The position numbers and the translations under genes are program-made. This document shows, in pieces, positions 13,640 to 27,400 of a stretch of 64,000 bases of DNA (position 1 is the stretch's first letter; every line of letters begins with the position of its first letter). The stretch covers positions 17,570,560-17,634,559 of the forward strand of contig NC_134027.1 in NCBI RefSeq assembly GCF_964204645.1, in the 5' to 3' direction. The DNA is from Tubulanus polymorphus (lineage: Eukaryota > Animalia > Nemertea). The notes beneath the pieces were generated by a model. The model did not search any database. It was not told the DNA's origin and saw nothing but the letters and a program-made list of their open reading frames with translations.

Positions 13640-14060
13640 AAATATACTATGTCGGGTACATTTTAGATTAGATCGTTTTGGAAATATACTCTGTCCGGTA
13701 CATTTCAAATTACTCTGTATATCATCTATCAGGAGAGCGAAGAGAAGACGACTGAGGATACTACCTTGGTGACTCCACTAGTTAGACCGATTTATTCCGA
13801 GATGAGACAGTTTCGTTGAATTCGGCCACCTGTTTTCGTTCAGAGAAATCTGCTGAGCCATTTGAGCGACCCATCATTGATACCGTTTCCGAATAGATTA
13901 TTTAGTAATCGCTGATGTTGGACCTTATCAAATGCTTTTTTGAAATCCATAAAATTAATTGAGCCTAACAGTCCATTTTCCAGAGTCAAATAACCATCTG
14001 GTCCAGTCATCCATGGTTTCAAAGTAGGCCTCATTGACTGTTTGTCAACCGTCCTTTTAT
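13640..14060 (-). pseudogene. Old non-LTR (CR1/L2-like) RT fragment; second copy at about 17570-17990
   Basis: FMDFKKAFDKVQHQRLL...WLSRFL followed by a degenerate GV(P)QGSIL segment. Confidence 0.65.
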
Positions 14061-14676
14061 AAAACTGTTTTGACAGTTGAACAGGATTCTAACTTCCCTT
14101 CGATTTTTATGGCATGTTGCAGCTGCATCAGCTTACATGCGATCATCGACACAATATTCAGACAAGATCAAGAATAGGAACAAGGATGTGCAGAAAACCC
14201 GTTATCGCTGCTTTACAGCTATATTTCTATATTATGTTTGTACCTACCCATATTTTAGTTACCACAATCAATTGCAAAGTTGTAGCTCATGAAATCGTCT
14301 ATGATTGTGGTGAGTTTCAAGGACACAAGTTATTCTATATGGTCACCAGGTGGCGTTGAATAGTAGAACTTGGTATTTACTTTTAAGATTGGTACCTAGG
14401 GATATTTGGTTACCATGATCGTTTGCAAAGTTGTAGTTCATGACATGTTCTATGAGTGTGGTGATTTTCAAGGTCATTGGGTTTTGCATATGGTCACCAG
14501 GGGGCATTGAATAGTAGAATAACTTAGTATTTCCTGATTAAATTGTTAACAAAGCATATTTTGTTATCACAATCAATTGCAAAGTTGTAGCTCATGACAT
14601 CGTCTATGATTGTGGTGAGTTTCGAGGTCATTGGTTTTTGTATATGGTCACTAGAGGGCAGTGAATATTGAAAATT

Positions 14677-17065
14677 GAGCAGAACAAATTGCGATATTCG
14701 ATGGCAGAGTACCAAAATTGTCCTTCCATGGGAATGGTGCTATGTACCGACCTTCTTCATCCCTAGTGATTGTGCTGTTATACCTATGCATGAATTCAGA
14801 ATCAGGACCGCCTGACAATTCAGATCTGCCTTCGGACCGGAGAGAACATACCCAACTTTAGTTTTGACTGCTACAGGGTCTAAATCAGTCAATCCCCGAA
14901 TGAACTGATAATACTGGTCAGCTCCAATAAGGATTTGAATATCAAAATCCCCTCCCGATGAGCACGGGTGACTAGCAAAATTCAACTCAGCAAAAGTGGT
15001 ACAATTTTGGACCTCTTCCAACGAAGGCACAATCAAAGATGTTGTGATTTTTGGTTTCACAATAAATCAACTAATACCGACTCCGATGGATCGATGCACT
15101 GAACGGAGAGTCGCACTACGTCCCATGCCCGACATTCGACAAATTGCGCACCGAACCCTGACAAATCGACAATTTCGTGCCGTATAGGCTGCAACTCAAG
15201 TAACTCTGTTAACGGTTCGGATATAAAAGATCGTTGAGCCCCATCATCAAAAACAATATTAGCGAGCGTACTTGTATTTCGATTATGTATATCAAAAACC
15301 TTAACGAGGGCAGTTTTTAAAATTACACGTTTTGCATATTTGTTAGCAGTTGTTTACCCTGATTTACTCGATTGCGCGGTCTGGGAGTATGTGGCGAACG
15401 GACGTGACTGGGCTGCGTATCAAAAACCTTATCCACTCTACCAGTTTACTCTGAAATTTGCATATTTTGAGAGTTAGTATTTGAATTGCTACTGAAATGT
15501 CCAGGACATATGCTGCTATGATGTTTACGTTTACATAACTTGCATGAGAATTTAGAACTGCACTCAGAAACACGATGTGGCCCTAAACAATTGTAACATA
15601 GTCTATGTCTTTGAACGAAAGCAACACATTGGTCGCATTTGACAAATTGAGTACACTCATTCGTAAAATGTAATTTCGACTTACAGTACGTACACATCCT
15701 TGATGAACCTGTAGGTATAGAACTGGAAGCTTTATTTTTACTAGTCGTCAACAATGCGATGGCTGATGACTCTTATTCTTTCACCGTCGTGTCTAATACT
15801 TCTAATTCATGACCAAGTAATTCTTGAATTTCTAACGAAGTGAACTTTTGATTACCGTTGAATCTGACTATGCTCACCCTCATTTCAGACGGAAATTTGT
15901 TCCAAAGTATAGAAACAAGCATATCGTTAGAAAATGTAGAATCAGACTGTGTGGAATCTTGCAATGACTCCAACGATCTTATGTGACTCTCAACATTATC
16001 CCTGAATTTTCTCATAGAAATTGAATTATTTTTTGGGGTAGGTTCTGCCATTAAAGCCTGCATATGAGCATCTTGAACTTTATGTGTTTGGCCGTAGCGA
16101 GAAATTAAAATGTCAATAGCTTGCTGATAGTTCTTATCACATAAAGTCAACCCTTCGATGCATGCTAACGCAGGTCCGGTCAGGAGGGATCGGAAATACT
16201 GAAATTTCTGCACGGTCGGAATCTGCGAATTATGAATCACTGACGAAAAAGCATCCCAAAATGACAACCATTGCAGAAAATTCCCATCGAATTTGGGTAA
16301 TGCCAGTTTAGGGAGATTCGCGCTCTGCGTAACGTTCGGACCTGGTGGTGGGGAACTATTGTGCAAAAGTTCATCAATATATTGTTCATAAAACAACTTA
16401 CGATCGATTGTTCCAGTGAGACTCGATTCTGCCTCCTCCGATGCAGCGTAGTACTTTTCATCGTCAGCAATGCCGTCCAGAATCTGCTTGTTGAGTTCTT
16501 GAATCTTCTCGATTCTCTGCTGCAGTAATTTTGTATTTCTCTGGATTTTCAGAAGGTCTGGACGCAGTCTGGTTCTTGAATTGACGATCTCGTCGGTGGC
16601 GTTGACCAGTTTTGTGGCTTGAGTTCTATGCGCTGCTCTATATCTCATTAACTTTTTGCTTGGTTCTGGATCTGCCATCTTCTTCAGTATTGTAAACTAT
16701 TCACAAGGCTCGAGGGACCAAAATGTGGTGGCTGACTGTAACACTCTTCCTTAGGTGGCGGTGAAGAGACAGACAGAAGTCAACTCTGGTTGTTGATATA
16801 TGTAGAACTGATTTTATTGCAGAATAGTAAGACTTTTATAAGCCAAGCTGTGAATGGTACAGTCACAAATTGATATACACTACTGAATTTGAATACATTT
16901 AATCCTGAAAACTCTGAATTACCAATGATATGAAAACTATTGTCAATTGAATAACAGGCTAGAGGATAAGTGGTTCGTACTACCATGAGTTTGTACTGTT
17001 GTACTTATACATTATTAATATAAATCTAACATTGAAAACCACCGAACTAATATCGATTCCCGACA
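14677..17065 (-). mobile_element. Duplicated 5' half of the BEL/Pao element (LTR, PBS, gag, protease, start of RT)
   Basis: Copy of 10745-13133. Confidence 0.9.
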
Positions 17066-18157
17066 AAAAGTATTAAGTATTTCGTTCAATGGAACAGAAT
17101 TGTTTTCATTCAAACATTTGTCGAAAAAAATTGTTTTCGCTCATCCAAATTTTTTGCCGGGACAAAAAGGTTTTTCATTTCAACAATAACATAGCTTTTT
17201 ATTCGAACACATTCTTTTGTCAGAATGAAGAAAGGTTTTGGTTCAAACAAAAAGTGTATTGTTCAATCAAACAGAATCATTTTCATTCGAACAAGATTTT
17301 TGTCGGAACATTAAGTTTTTTGTTCGAACAGATATATTGTTCGATCGAAGCGTTTTTCGTTCCAAAGAGCAAAATTCTGGTGGAACTAAATAGTCTTTTC
17401 GTTACAATGTGTAATCTTTATTCGAACAAAATAATCTTCTCATTCGAACACAAAGGTATAATCTGAACCTGAGTTTACTGTGTATCCAATATCCATATTA
17501 TCCCTTTCAGGTTGAAGCTCATCTTCCATGTTTCTGACCATGAACGGAACAGCTTGTTTAGGTCGTTTTGGAAATATACTATGTCGGGTACATTTTAGAT
17601 TAGATCGTTTTGGAAATATACTCTGTCCGGTACATTTCAAATTACTCTGTATATCATCTATCAGGAGAGCGAAGAGAAGACGACTGAGGATACTACCTTG
17701 GTGACTCCACTAGTTAGACCGATTTATTCCGAGATGAGACAGTTTCGTTGAATTCGGCCACCTGTTTTCGTTCAGAGAAATCTGCTGAGCCATTTGAGCG
17801 ACCCATCATTGATACCGTTTCCGAATAGATTATTTAGTAATCGCTGATGTTGGACCTTATCAAATGCTTTTTTGAAATCCATAAAATTAATTGAGCCTAA
17901 CAGTCCATTTTCCAGAGTCAAATAACCATCTGGTCCAGTCATCCATGGTTTCAAAGTAGGCCTCATTGACTGTTTTTCAACCGTCCTTTTATAAAACTGT
18001 TTTGACAGTTGAACAGGATTCTAACTTCCCTTCGATTTTTATGGCATGTTGCAGCTGCATCAGCTTACATGCGATCATCGACACAATATTCAGACAAGAT
18101 CAAGAATAGGAACAAGGATGTGCAGAAAACCCGTTATCGCTGCTTTACAGCTATATT

Positions 18158-19125
18158 TCTATATTATGTTTGTACCTACCCATATTTTAGTTACCACAAT
18201 CAATTGCAAAGTTGTAGCTCATGAAATCGTCTATGATTGTGGTGAGTTTCAAGGACACAAGTTATTCTATATGGTCACCAGGTGGCGTTGAATAGTAGAA
18301 CTTGGTATTTACTTTTAAGATTGGTACCTAGGGATATTTGGTTACCATGATCGTTTGCAAAGTTGTAGTTCATGACATGTTCTATGAGTGTGGTGATTTT
18401 CAAGGTCATTGGGTTTTGCATATGGTCACCAGGGGGCATTGAATAGTAGAATAACTTAGTATTTCCTTATTAAATTGTTAACAAAGCATATTTTGTTATC
18501 ACAATCAATTGCAAAGTTGTAGCTCATGACATCGTCTATGATTGTGGTGAGTTTCGAGGTCATTGGTTTTTGTATATGGTCACTAGAGGGCAGTGAATAT
18601 TGAAATTGTTAGATTGTTGAGCATTTGAAACCACTTCCCAAGTGGGCATGATGTCCCTGGACCCTAGTTCCACATTATATTGATCCCTTAGCATATTTTG
18701 TTACTACGATCAATTGGAAAGTTGTAGCTCATAACAGTTTCTATGATTTTGGTGAGTTTCAAGGTCATTGGTTTTGTATATGACCACCAGGGGGCGTTGA
18801 AAGATAACATAACTTAGTAATTATATATCATATTTGTACCTATGCATATTTTGTTACCACAATCAATTGCAAAGTTGTAGCTCATGACATCGTCTATGAT
18901 TGTGGTCAGTTTTAATGACATTAGTTATTCTATGTGGTCACCAGGGGGCGCTGAATAGTAGAATAACTTAGTATTTCCATATAATATTGGTAACGAGGCA
19001 TGTTTTGCTATCACAATCAATTAAAAAATCATAGCTGCCTACATATTGTATATTTGTGGTGAGTTTCAAGGTCATTGGTTTTTGTATATGGTCACCAGGG
19101 GGCGTTGAATATTGAAAGTGTTAGG
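18158..19125 (+). repeat. HINE family A array of about 154-bp units and 3' end
   Basis: Same unit as 6320-6838. 3' terminus cccaagtgggcatgatgtccctggaccctagtt at about 18637-18669, followed by further units. Confidence 0.75.
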
Positions 19126-20140
19126 ATAAAAACCCACTATTTACAAATCAAAAGAAATCTAAAATCGAGAGTTTATTAATTGAAACAGTCTAAAATATAA
19201 CAACACGACGTTTTTGATCTCAGATCATCGTCAGGTGTGAGATATTGAAAATGGAACATCGGCCTTCAGATATGGCCACCAGGGTGGCTATTTTGAATTA
19301 TGCACGATAGACCTACAACTCATCCATTATGGTCACTAGGGTAGAACATCTTCATTTTCTTGCACTATACAGCCTACAATTCTTAAAGGATTTACATGAA
19401 ACTTGGTGTGGTGATTGGGGTGGGTTAGATGTTCACAACATCCAAAAATGGAGGTCCTCAGCTATCAAATATGGCCACCAGGGTAGCCATCGAATTTCTT
19501 GTTTAGCAGGATATAGTCTGGTGGATCTGATGGAAATCCATGAAACTTGATGTGTTAAGAGAGGTTTACCTGTGTTCGACTTTTAATCTTACAAAGTTGG
19601 GGAGATTATATTACAGAGGTGAATTTAAGGCCACAAGGCGTAATTCTAGTTTTTAATTAGTGGTTGGTGTATTTTTGAAAAGTTGGTTTTGAACTTAATC
19701 AGTCAAATTCCATGGTAATTTGCTGTTTTGATTGGAATAATATCTCAGCTATTTACATGTTCATATTAGCTTCCTGTAGATCAACTGGCCCCTTGAATAC
19801 ACAGCATTCTCACTTATTTACAGCAAGACTACAGTAGATGCTTCTAGTGTGAGAGCTCTTCAGTAGATGCTTCTAGTCACAATCATCAGTCCTAGAAAAT
19901 TGTATCAGATGTATTTGATCAAGCCCTGGCGATTTAGTTTTAATGTTTTGGATGATTTGATTTAGCTGTGATCCTTAGAACTGGATTTTTTGTCTGAAAA
20001 ATAAATGGAACTTGAATTTCAAATGATAATATTGTTAATTAATGAAGTTTAAAAATCTATGGAGCTTCCTCATCTAACAAGGTATGATAATTAGTAAGGC
20101 TGATATTATATACCATAAAAATTGCTTCAAAGTAATGTTT

Positions 20141-20552
20141 ATTCCGCTTAGCACTCACTCTTTAATTTCACTGTGTCGTGTCAATTATTCCAAGTTTATC
20201 ACGATACTGAATAGCTCATTTGTTGTTTAGTTTCATGCATTACAAGTGTTATTTTGTAGTAAACAGTCGAGGCTTTCATATGATTAAGGTTTGATGAGGT
20301 GGGTCACCAAAATCGTGTCCTTTTGGCCCCATGAAATTCATGCAAACTTACTTGGATTTGAAGTGAGCGCTCAGATCTGTTATGCTCATATTCCCAATAC
20401 TGAAGAATTAAAAAGAGGTAGATGTTGATTTTTGTACGTTACTTTGAGGACGTGGGTGTCTAGTTTTTCATGAGCTATTGCATTCGAACCCACGATAACC
20501 ATATTTGTGCAGCATACGAAAAAAATGTCATGGCGGCTTGAGTGCTAATGGG
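20141..20552. mobile_element. Possible old piggyBac-type MITE
   Basis: Right end gagtgctaatggg followed by ttaa; degenerate inverted match ccgcttagcactc near 20144. Confidence 0.35.
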
Positions 20553-20605
20553 TTAAATGACTTATGAGGCATCTAAATGATAATAAAAAATCTATCATAT
20601 TTTAG

Positions 20606-20791
20606 ATTATGAACTTGACTCAGATGGATTAAACTGGATATATATAGTGTGTGGTGTAGTTGTAGTATTGATAAGTTTGTGTATAGGATTCAGCAGATAT
20701 CAATCGCGACGTTCTAGGCTTACCTTTCTCGGAGATGCACCTGCAGAAACTACATCACCATTAACCGATCGGTCGATTGCTGCTACTTCAG
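20606..20791 (+). CDS. Host gene exon encoding a transmembrane helix and start of a cytoplasmic tail, probably the same gene as the LDLa exon
   Basis: Acceptor ttttag. Reads YELDSDGLNWIYIVCGVVVVLISLCIGFSRYQSRRSRL..., a hydrophobic stretch followed by basic residues. Donor G|gtttgt; phase 1 matches the LDLa exon. Confidence 0.65.
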
Positions 20792-22211
20792 GTTTGTTCA
20801 GATAATTTGAAAAATAATTTTTTTGGCCTGACATGTTAGTTAATATAGCATTTGTATTTTTCTGATTTTTAAGCCCACTTGGGACTTCATTATTCCCAGT
20901 GGGCTATTGCGTTCACTTTTTGTCTGTCAGTAGATAGTTCAGTGAATTTGAGAATTTTTGAAGACGCGTCACTGGATTTACTTGGCGTTTGAATGTATCT
21001 ACCCTAGAAACATCTACTGCCAAAATCAGTACTTAATGCACATTTCTGAAAATTATTAAGATAAATCTCATGTAAGATTAAATTATTGTATTTGTCCAAA
21101 TTTATTAATTATTTCCTATGAATTAATATTAAAAATGGGAAATATAATTGGTTATAATTATCTTATTAAAACTGCAACAATGAATTCATTTGGATTATAA
21201 GATATAAATAAAACAGTTATCACTGCTCCAAAATTAATGGGAGGTGAAAAAAATAAAAAACACATTCAATCAACTGAAATTATAACTAAAAATATTAAAT
21301 TTATTAATGATTCTAAATTAAAAGATTATAATGCATCAGAAAATATTAAAACCGATAATATTCAGCACGATATAATTTAAAGTGATAATGATAATAAATC
21401 ACATGAAAATACTAAATAAGCTATGTCTTGTTTTGGAATTGTAATTGGTGGAATATTATATTTTAAATATTAATTTTTTTATTATATAAATGGCAAGTAA
21501 AATTACAGTTGTAGGCCTAGTGGATGGTGGAGAAGAAAAAATTGAAATGAAAGATTCTAATGAACCTGGTATAACTGAAACAACAAAAACCTGATTTTAC
21601 TGAAACAAGTTTTTATAATGATAATGATGATATAGTCAAATACGTTTAGAAAAAGAAATTAAAGATTTGACTTCAAGAATATAATTTAGAATTACAGAAA
21701 GATGAAAATAAATTATTATTAAAATCATATCATTATTGTATTAATAGATTACAAGTTATTATTAAAAATTGTTAATAGAACCAAATTCTGAGATATCATT
21801 AAAAGAAAAATAAGATTATTATTTAGATTAGAAGGTTTTACCATTTTTCAGTTTTAACAGCTGTAACTATGGTATTTACAACAATTGGATTAGCTATATC
21901 AAATTCATTAAAATCTATACCAAGTCCTAAACCACCAGATAAACCACTAAATAATAATGATTCTATACAAGATAAAGTTATAGATGGATTAAAGAAATTG
22001 GCAAATTGTTTATTGGAATTATCTAAAAAATCTGCTGCAGCTTTACCTGGATTTATAGCATCACTTGTTAGTTTTATATTGAAATATGCTGAAAATATTA
22101 TTAGTCTGGCTGCTGAACATATAATATTATTTTTAATTACAGTTGTAAGTGTTATTATTTTTGGATTTTTGTAAATTTGATAGAAAATAAATAATTAATT
22201 TTTTTTAATAA

Positions 22212-23300
22212 ATGGTGAATGGAAAATATATTGATCCTTCAAATAATTCTAGAATTTCTTATGCAATTAAAGCTAAACGTTGTCATTATATAATTACTCA
22301 TAATCCTAGTAATATTTATCCAAATTAATCCAAACTTACGACCATATTATGGAGCTCTAAACTTTCCACAAAATTCAGTTCTATCCTAGGCAGTGGTCAC
22401 ACAGCAAATCAGCAGAGAAAATCAAAATAAATAAAGAGCAAAAGCTAATAATGCAATAGTAACTAATGCCGCGGATAATTTAATTAAAACGATCTATGGT
22501 AGTAAGTATAAAATTCCTTTAGATTTTGAATTGATAAATAATATTGCACCGTATAAATATGCAATTCAAGAAGATATTATATTTGAAATAACTTTTGCAC
22601 CTGTAAATGAAATAGTATTATCGAGTGTTAAGATATTGGTTATAAATTATCAAATATATGTTTACAATATGATACAGTTACTAATGAAAATATTGCAAAT
22701 ACAATTCAAACTCGATATAATCAAGGATTTTCATTATTATATGATTATATAGATGAATTTAAAACTGTAACTATTAATGCAAGTGATGAAATGATAAATG
22801 AAAATATTAGATTTCCTAGAAGATCAAATAAAGGTATTTTATTATTTTTTGCTAAAATACATTCTAATAATATAAATAATATAATATGCTGATGCAATAA
22901 ATGTTGATAATTATTATAATCCTGAAATATTAAAAGTAGAAATAACAATTGAAGGTATAGCAAATAAAATGTTTTGTCAAGGAATGAGAATGATAGATCA
23001 ATGGGTAGAAATTAAAAAAAAACCTTTCATGAATGAAAAAATAAAATTATCTGAGGACTGTAATATTAAGCAAATTGATATTATACTGGTAATAAATTTG
23101 CATTATGGTTAGATTTTAGAACAACTGAAGATAATTCATTACATGGTTCTGATAAAAAATTAGAAAATACAAAAGATGGAATACAATTATTCATGATAAG
23201 AAAAAAGGAATTGACAATTATGAAATGCATATTTATATTATTTCTGATGCGCAATTAATTATAACAAATTCACAATTATATAGTATTCAATATCCAAAAT
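22212..23300 (+). pseudogene. Major capsid protein remnant
   Basis: YKIPLDFELINN, QEDIIFEITFAPVNEIVLSS, EITIEGIANK and LWLDFRTTEDNSLHGS match 57902-59148. Internal deletion and a foreign stretch at about 22325-22440. Confidence 0.8.
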
Positions 23301-24361
23301 ATGTAGTTGATATTGGTGATATATAAATGGGAGATAAAAAATCACCTAATCCTAAAGAACAATATTTAAGAAATTTATGTTATAATCCTGAGAGTTCAAT
23401 TGCCTATTCTTCTGTATAAAGAATATTTTGTAAGAATATTTGGCGTCAGGTAAACAAGATAAATTGAATAAGATAATCCTACAAAATTTAGTAAAAGATG
23501 AAGATATAAATGAATTTATATTAGAACAACCAACATATACAACACATAAAAAAAATTGTAAGAAAATTCTAAACTCGTAAAACTATGGTTAGTTATGTAG
23601 ATCAACAACGGCAGGGAGATTTAATTGATATGAAAATCTTTAAAAAGATTATAATTATTATTGGTGGATATTAACCCTTTCAATCCCACTACCGTATGGC
23701 ATACGGTACAAATTGACAAGCTAGCATACCTGTACCGTATGTGATACGGTATCACTTAACCCTTCTTCTAGAAGGGCATATCTATCAGTATCAGCCGGTG
23801 CTGCCATCTGCATAAAATCAAAGATGGCAACAGCCATGAAAAAAACAATTTGGCTGGATGAAACGGTTCAGCAGCTCGTATATGATGCTGACAGTGATGC
23901 TGGTGACTTGGAATTTGGTAGTGAACAAATTGAGAGTGACAACGAATATGACAGCAGCAGTTCAGATGATGTGAATTAGTCAGAAAGTAGGTTTATAGTG
24001 CCAGCAATGATTTTGATGATGAAAATGAAATCAGTGACAATTTTTTTAGACCCTGTTGATACGGTTGTCATGGTAACGGACACCAATAACAATAATGAAG
24101 AATCAGAAACTGTCCATCTTCAAGGTCACATATATTCAAATAATTTGTCTTATTTGTAAGCCCAATGGTTATCAACACCATGGTATAAAATGTATCAGTG
24201 TCAAATACATAGGAAAAATTTTCTGAGGCCTGAAATTATACCCCAATGAAACCCCTTACATCCGGACAGAGCAGTTTATCTGAAACTTTTTCGTGAATTT
24301 TTTTCATGGCGGCCATCTTGGAGTATGTGACCTTGACCTCAAGTTCACTTATATCCAAATT

Positions 24362-24462
24362 ATTAGGGTTTTCTGTTTCTTCACAGAAAACCCTATTGAA
24401 ATTCGCGTGATTATTATTAGGGTTTCTGCTGCCTTCGCAGAAACCCTATTGTATTCCTGCTG

Positions 24463-24493
<31 letters not shown>

Positions 24494-27400
24494 TCTTTTT
24501 CACACTGGATCTTACTGAAAGGATATAAACAACTGCAACTTACTTTCACTGTCGGTGAAACCATTCGGTATCACAAGTACTACGCTGCATTGACAAATAC
24601 TGTATATAATATTAATCAGAAGTATATAATATTAATCAGAAATGCACTGTTTACTCACTGTGAGCCTCTAAACATCGAAATTTAAGCCCGATTCAAACAG
24701 TATCCATCTACGTATGTGTATTGCCTGCGTGTCATTCCCACAGCGGCTCCTAAACACGTGTGTTTGTGTCTGTGTCCTTATATCGATAGAGCTGTGTTGT
24801 TCTAGATCTGTAGTAAACACGTAAGCAGTAGTGATATTTTTATCTCTTCCTTCTACAAATCGATTGTTGAATTAGGACATTGCTCGACTGAACGCAACTG
24901 AGGAATTTTTATGGCCTTATTTGTGCCGTATGTTAAAGAGCATCATATATTGCTTCGGCAACACAAGTTAGAGCATCATATATAGGCTTTAATACTTCGA
25001 ATTCCGCTAGTAACAAGAATATTGCTCAACGGATTTACTTGAAACTTACGTGAGATGTACGGAACACAGGTACCTTGAGGTAAGTCGAAGGGATCTTTGA
25101 TTGGGGACCCCGTTCACCCACCAGGGGGTGTTTTACATTTGAAAATTGTGACATCGAAAAGTTACTGTGTGAGAAAATTTTTTGTCTTTGACTTTTCAGC
25201 TTCGGGCGAGCACGAAAGTTGTTCATAACAGCCCGGAGGTTAAAAAAGTCAATGGCACGCCCAATCTACGATTAACCGTTGATACACATGTCCCTGGTTA
25301 CAAAATGAAACGAACCCCTCATATGATTAGTTCCCATTTTAACCACTAGGGGGCGTAAATTTTGAAAAATCGATTTCAGCATCCATTTTTCGCATTTAAT
25401 GCGGTCTGTTTATTATGAAAATCACAAAACTTGGTATAAGTACAAAGACACGTGTGTAATATGCCATCCTGCATGATTAGTTCTTACAACTGCCACCAGG
25501 GGACTGTGAAAACAACGATTTTTGCTCCTAGGTCCTTAACCGTTGGCGATAGAATCGAGGTTGCAATGTGTGGTTAGCAGCCCTTTTCAAGATACTTGGA
25601 TTTATGTATGGTTTAAGTAGGTAACTTATATGATTCTCCAGGAGCGCCACCTACATTTTGCTGGAAATGCATTTTCATTGATAGCTACTAAGTGGATAAA
25701 GGGATCTCTATGAAAATTGATATACATGTACCTGGATATAAGAAACAACGAATCCCTAACATAATTAGTTCCTATTCTAACGACTAGGGGGCGTTAATGT
25801 TGAAAACTCATTCTAGCATCAGTTTTTTCGATTGAAATTCAGTAGTATGCTAACCGGCAAATTACCGGCCACTTGGGCATGGTAAAAGTACCGTATCTTC
25901 GTTATTCTCGGTGTCATATCCCCTAACCTTGGTACATTAGAACTTTTCGCGTAGTATCCCATGTGAATCAACATAGCCATGTTATCAGCTGACCCCTTGG
26001 TGGCGCTCCTCATCCAGCAAGGCAGAAACCCGTTATCGCTGCTTTGCAGCTATATTTATTTTTTTTTTTCCCTTTTCCACATAGTTTTTGTTAAAAGTGT
26101 AAAGGCTTCCTTACCTTACCGATGTCGCCGATACAATCCGTATGATGTCCTTCAGCTCACTTTAATCTCCAGATACTGCATGGGAATTTTGATAAATCCA
26201 CCTTATAAAGGCACTGTCGAGCCGTAAACATCGGAAATTTGGCTCCGTTCAATTAGTAGCCATGTTGTGTTTTCTTACCGATATTTCTCTCTTCTTTTCG
26301 AGGAAGAGCTATCGAATAATTCCCTCTCTTCGCCACAATCAATTTCAAAGTCAATTTTATGAATTTATTGCTCAGCGGGTCCGAGTCCAAGAGTTTACGA
26401 GTCTGGCGTTCACGTGTCTGACAGGTTTACGGGCATTTGTTTGTTACCTCTTTAATATTTTTGATTTCTTGTTATTCCGAATATTTTATTTAAGTATATT
26501 GCTGATCAGTTCATGTAACCAAAAGCGTCAATAAACAGACTTTGAATTGATCAAGTTTAAATCAAGGTCGTTGAGTCGCGGAAGGCTACTAGAATTACGT
26601 TCGTCTTCGTCTCAGAGAGAAAACAAACGACAGAAAAGTATCAGGTGATTATCGATAGCCTACAACGGTACACACAGTTGACAAACAGTGTTAGGCCTGT
26701 GCCGGTTGGTACGTACTGGGACTAAATATACTGGTTGGTCAGTTGGTTCGGTTGTGAAGTGTGGAAGCTAAGATTATCAGAAAGCCTACCGGTATTTATT
26801 TGTCTATAGGCCTATTATATAGAAGCCAATACCATTTTAAGTATGTAGTTGTTAACCGCACGTGACTGTACGGTGATCTCCACAGGTTAACCGTGTACGT
26901 GAGTTCCCTACTAAGTCTATAATGCCATACGTGAGTTCCTAGTTAGTAGCCAATACCATTTTAAGTACGAAATTGTTACGCGTACGTGACTGTACGGTGA
27001 TACAGGTTAACCGTACGTGATTTCCCTAAAAACGCTGTACGTGAGTTCCTATAATCTGCAAACGCGCATGCGTTAAAGAATAGAGTTTGGGTTGGGTGAG
27101 GCTAGGCTATTTGTAAATCAAATTTCATCCACCCTGCAGTTACGTTCTGTAGCACAGTGGGTAAATCACTGGACTACTACTGGATTTTTTTTTTCGTTTT
27201 GTTTCGAATCCCAATATTGCAAGTCTGAGCGTCAACGTACTCACATATGGCTAACCTGTAGAAATCACCGTACAGTCACGTACAGGTTACAACTGCGTTT
27301 TAAGTATTAAGTGAGTACGACAAGCCTACCATGCCTATGTACTACAAAATCAACTTTTTCCCTCTCGTCGGCCCTACAGTGATGTTACTATAACTGGTGC

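Larger units (their letters stand above)
6839..14225 (+). mobile_element. HINE family B element spanning the BEL/Pao insertion
   Basis: Head agagttttctg...cagaaaaccctatt at 6840. Family 3' end cagaaaacccgttatcgctgctttacagctata at about 14190-14223. The family-A array resumes directly after it. Confidence 0.55.
10745..18605. repeat. Tandem segmental duplication with a 3932-bp period (10745-14676 and 14677 to about 18605)
   Basis: All ORFs recur at +3932 (e.g. 11841..12746 and 15773..16678). Only a handful of substitutions seen by eye. Confidence 0.95.

Noticed and set aside
14677-17065. Independent second BEL/Pao insertion, or the two 342-bp LTR copies as the ends of one element
   Set aside because: The duplicated unit includes unrelated flanking DNA, and both LTR copies are followed by a PBS and gag.
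27143-27215. Functional tRNA gene
   Set aside because: Only weak A/B-box similarity, an internal T-run, and no convincing cloverleaf.
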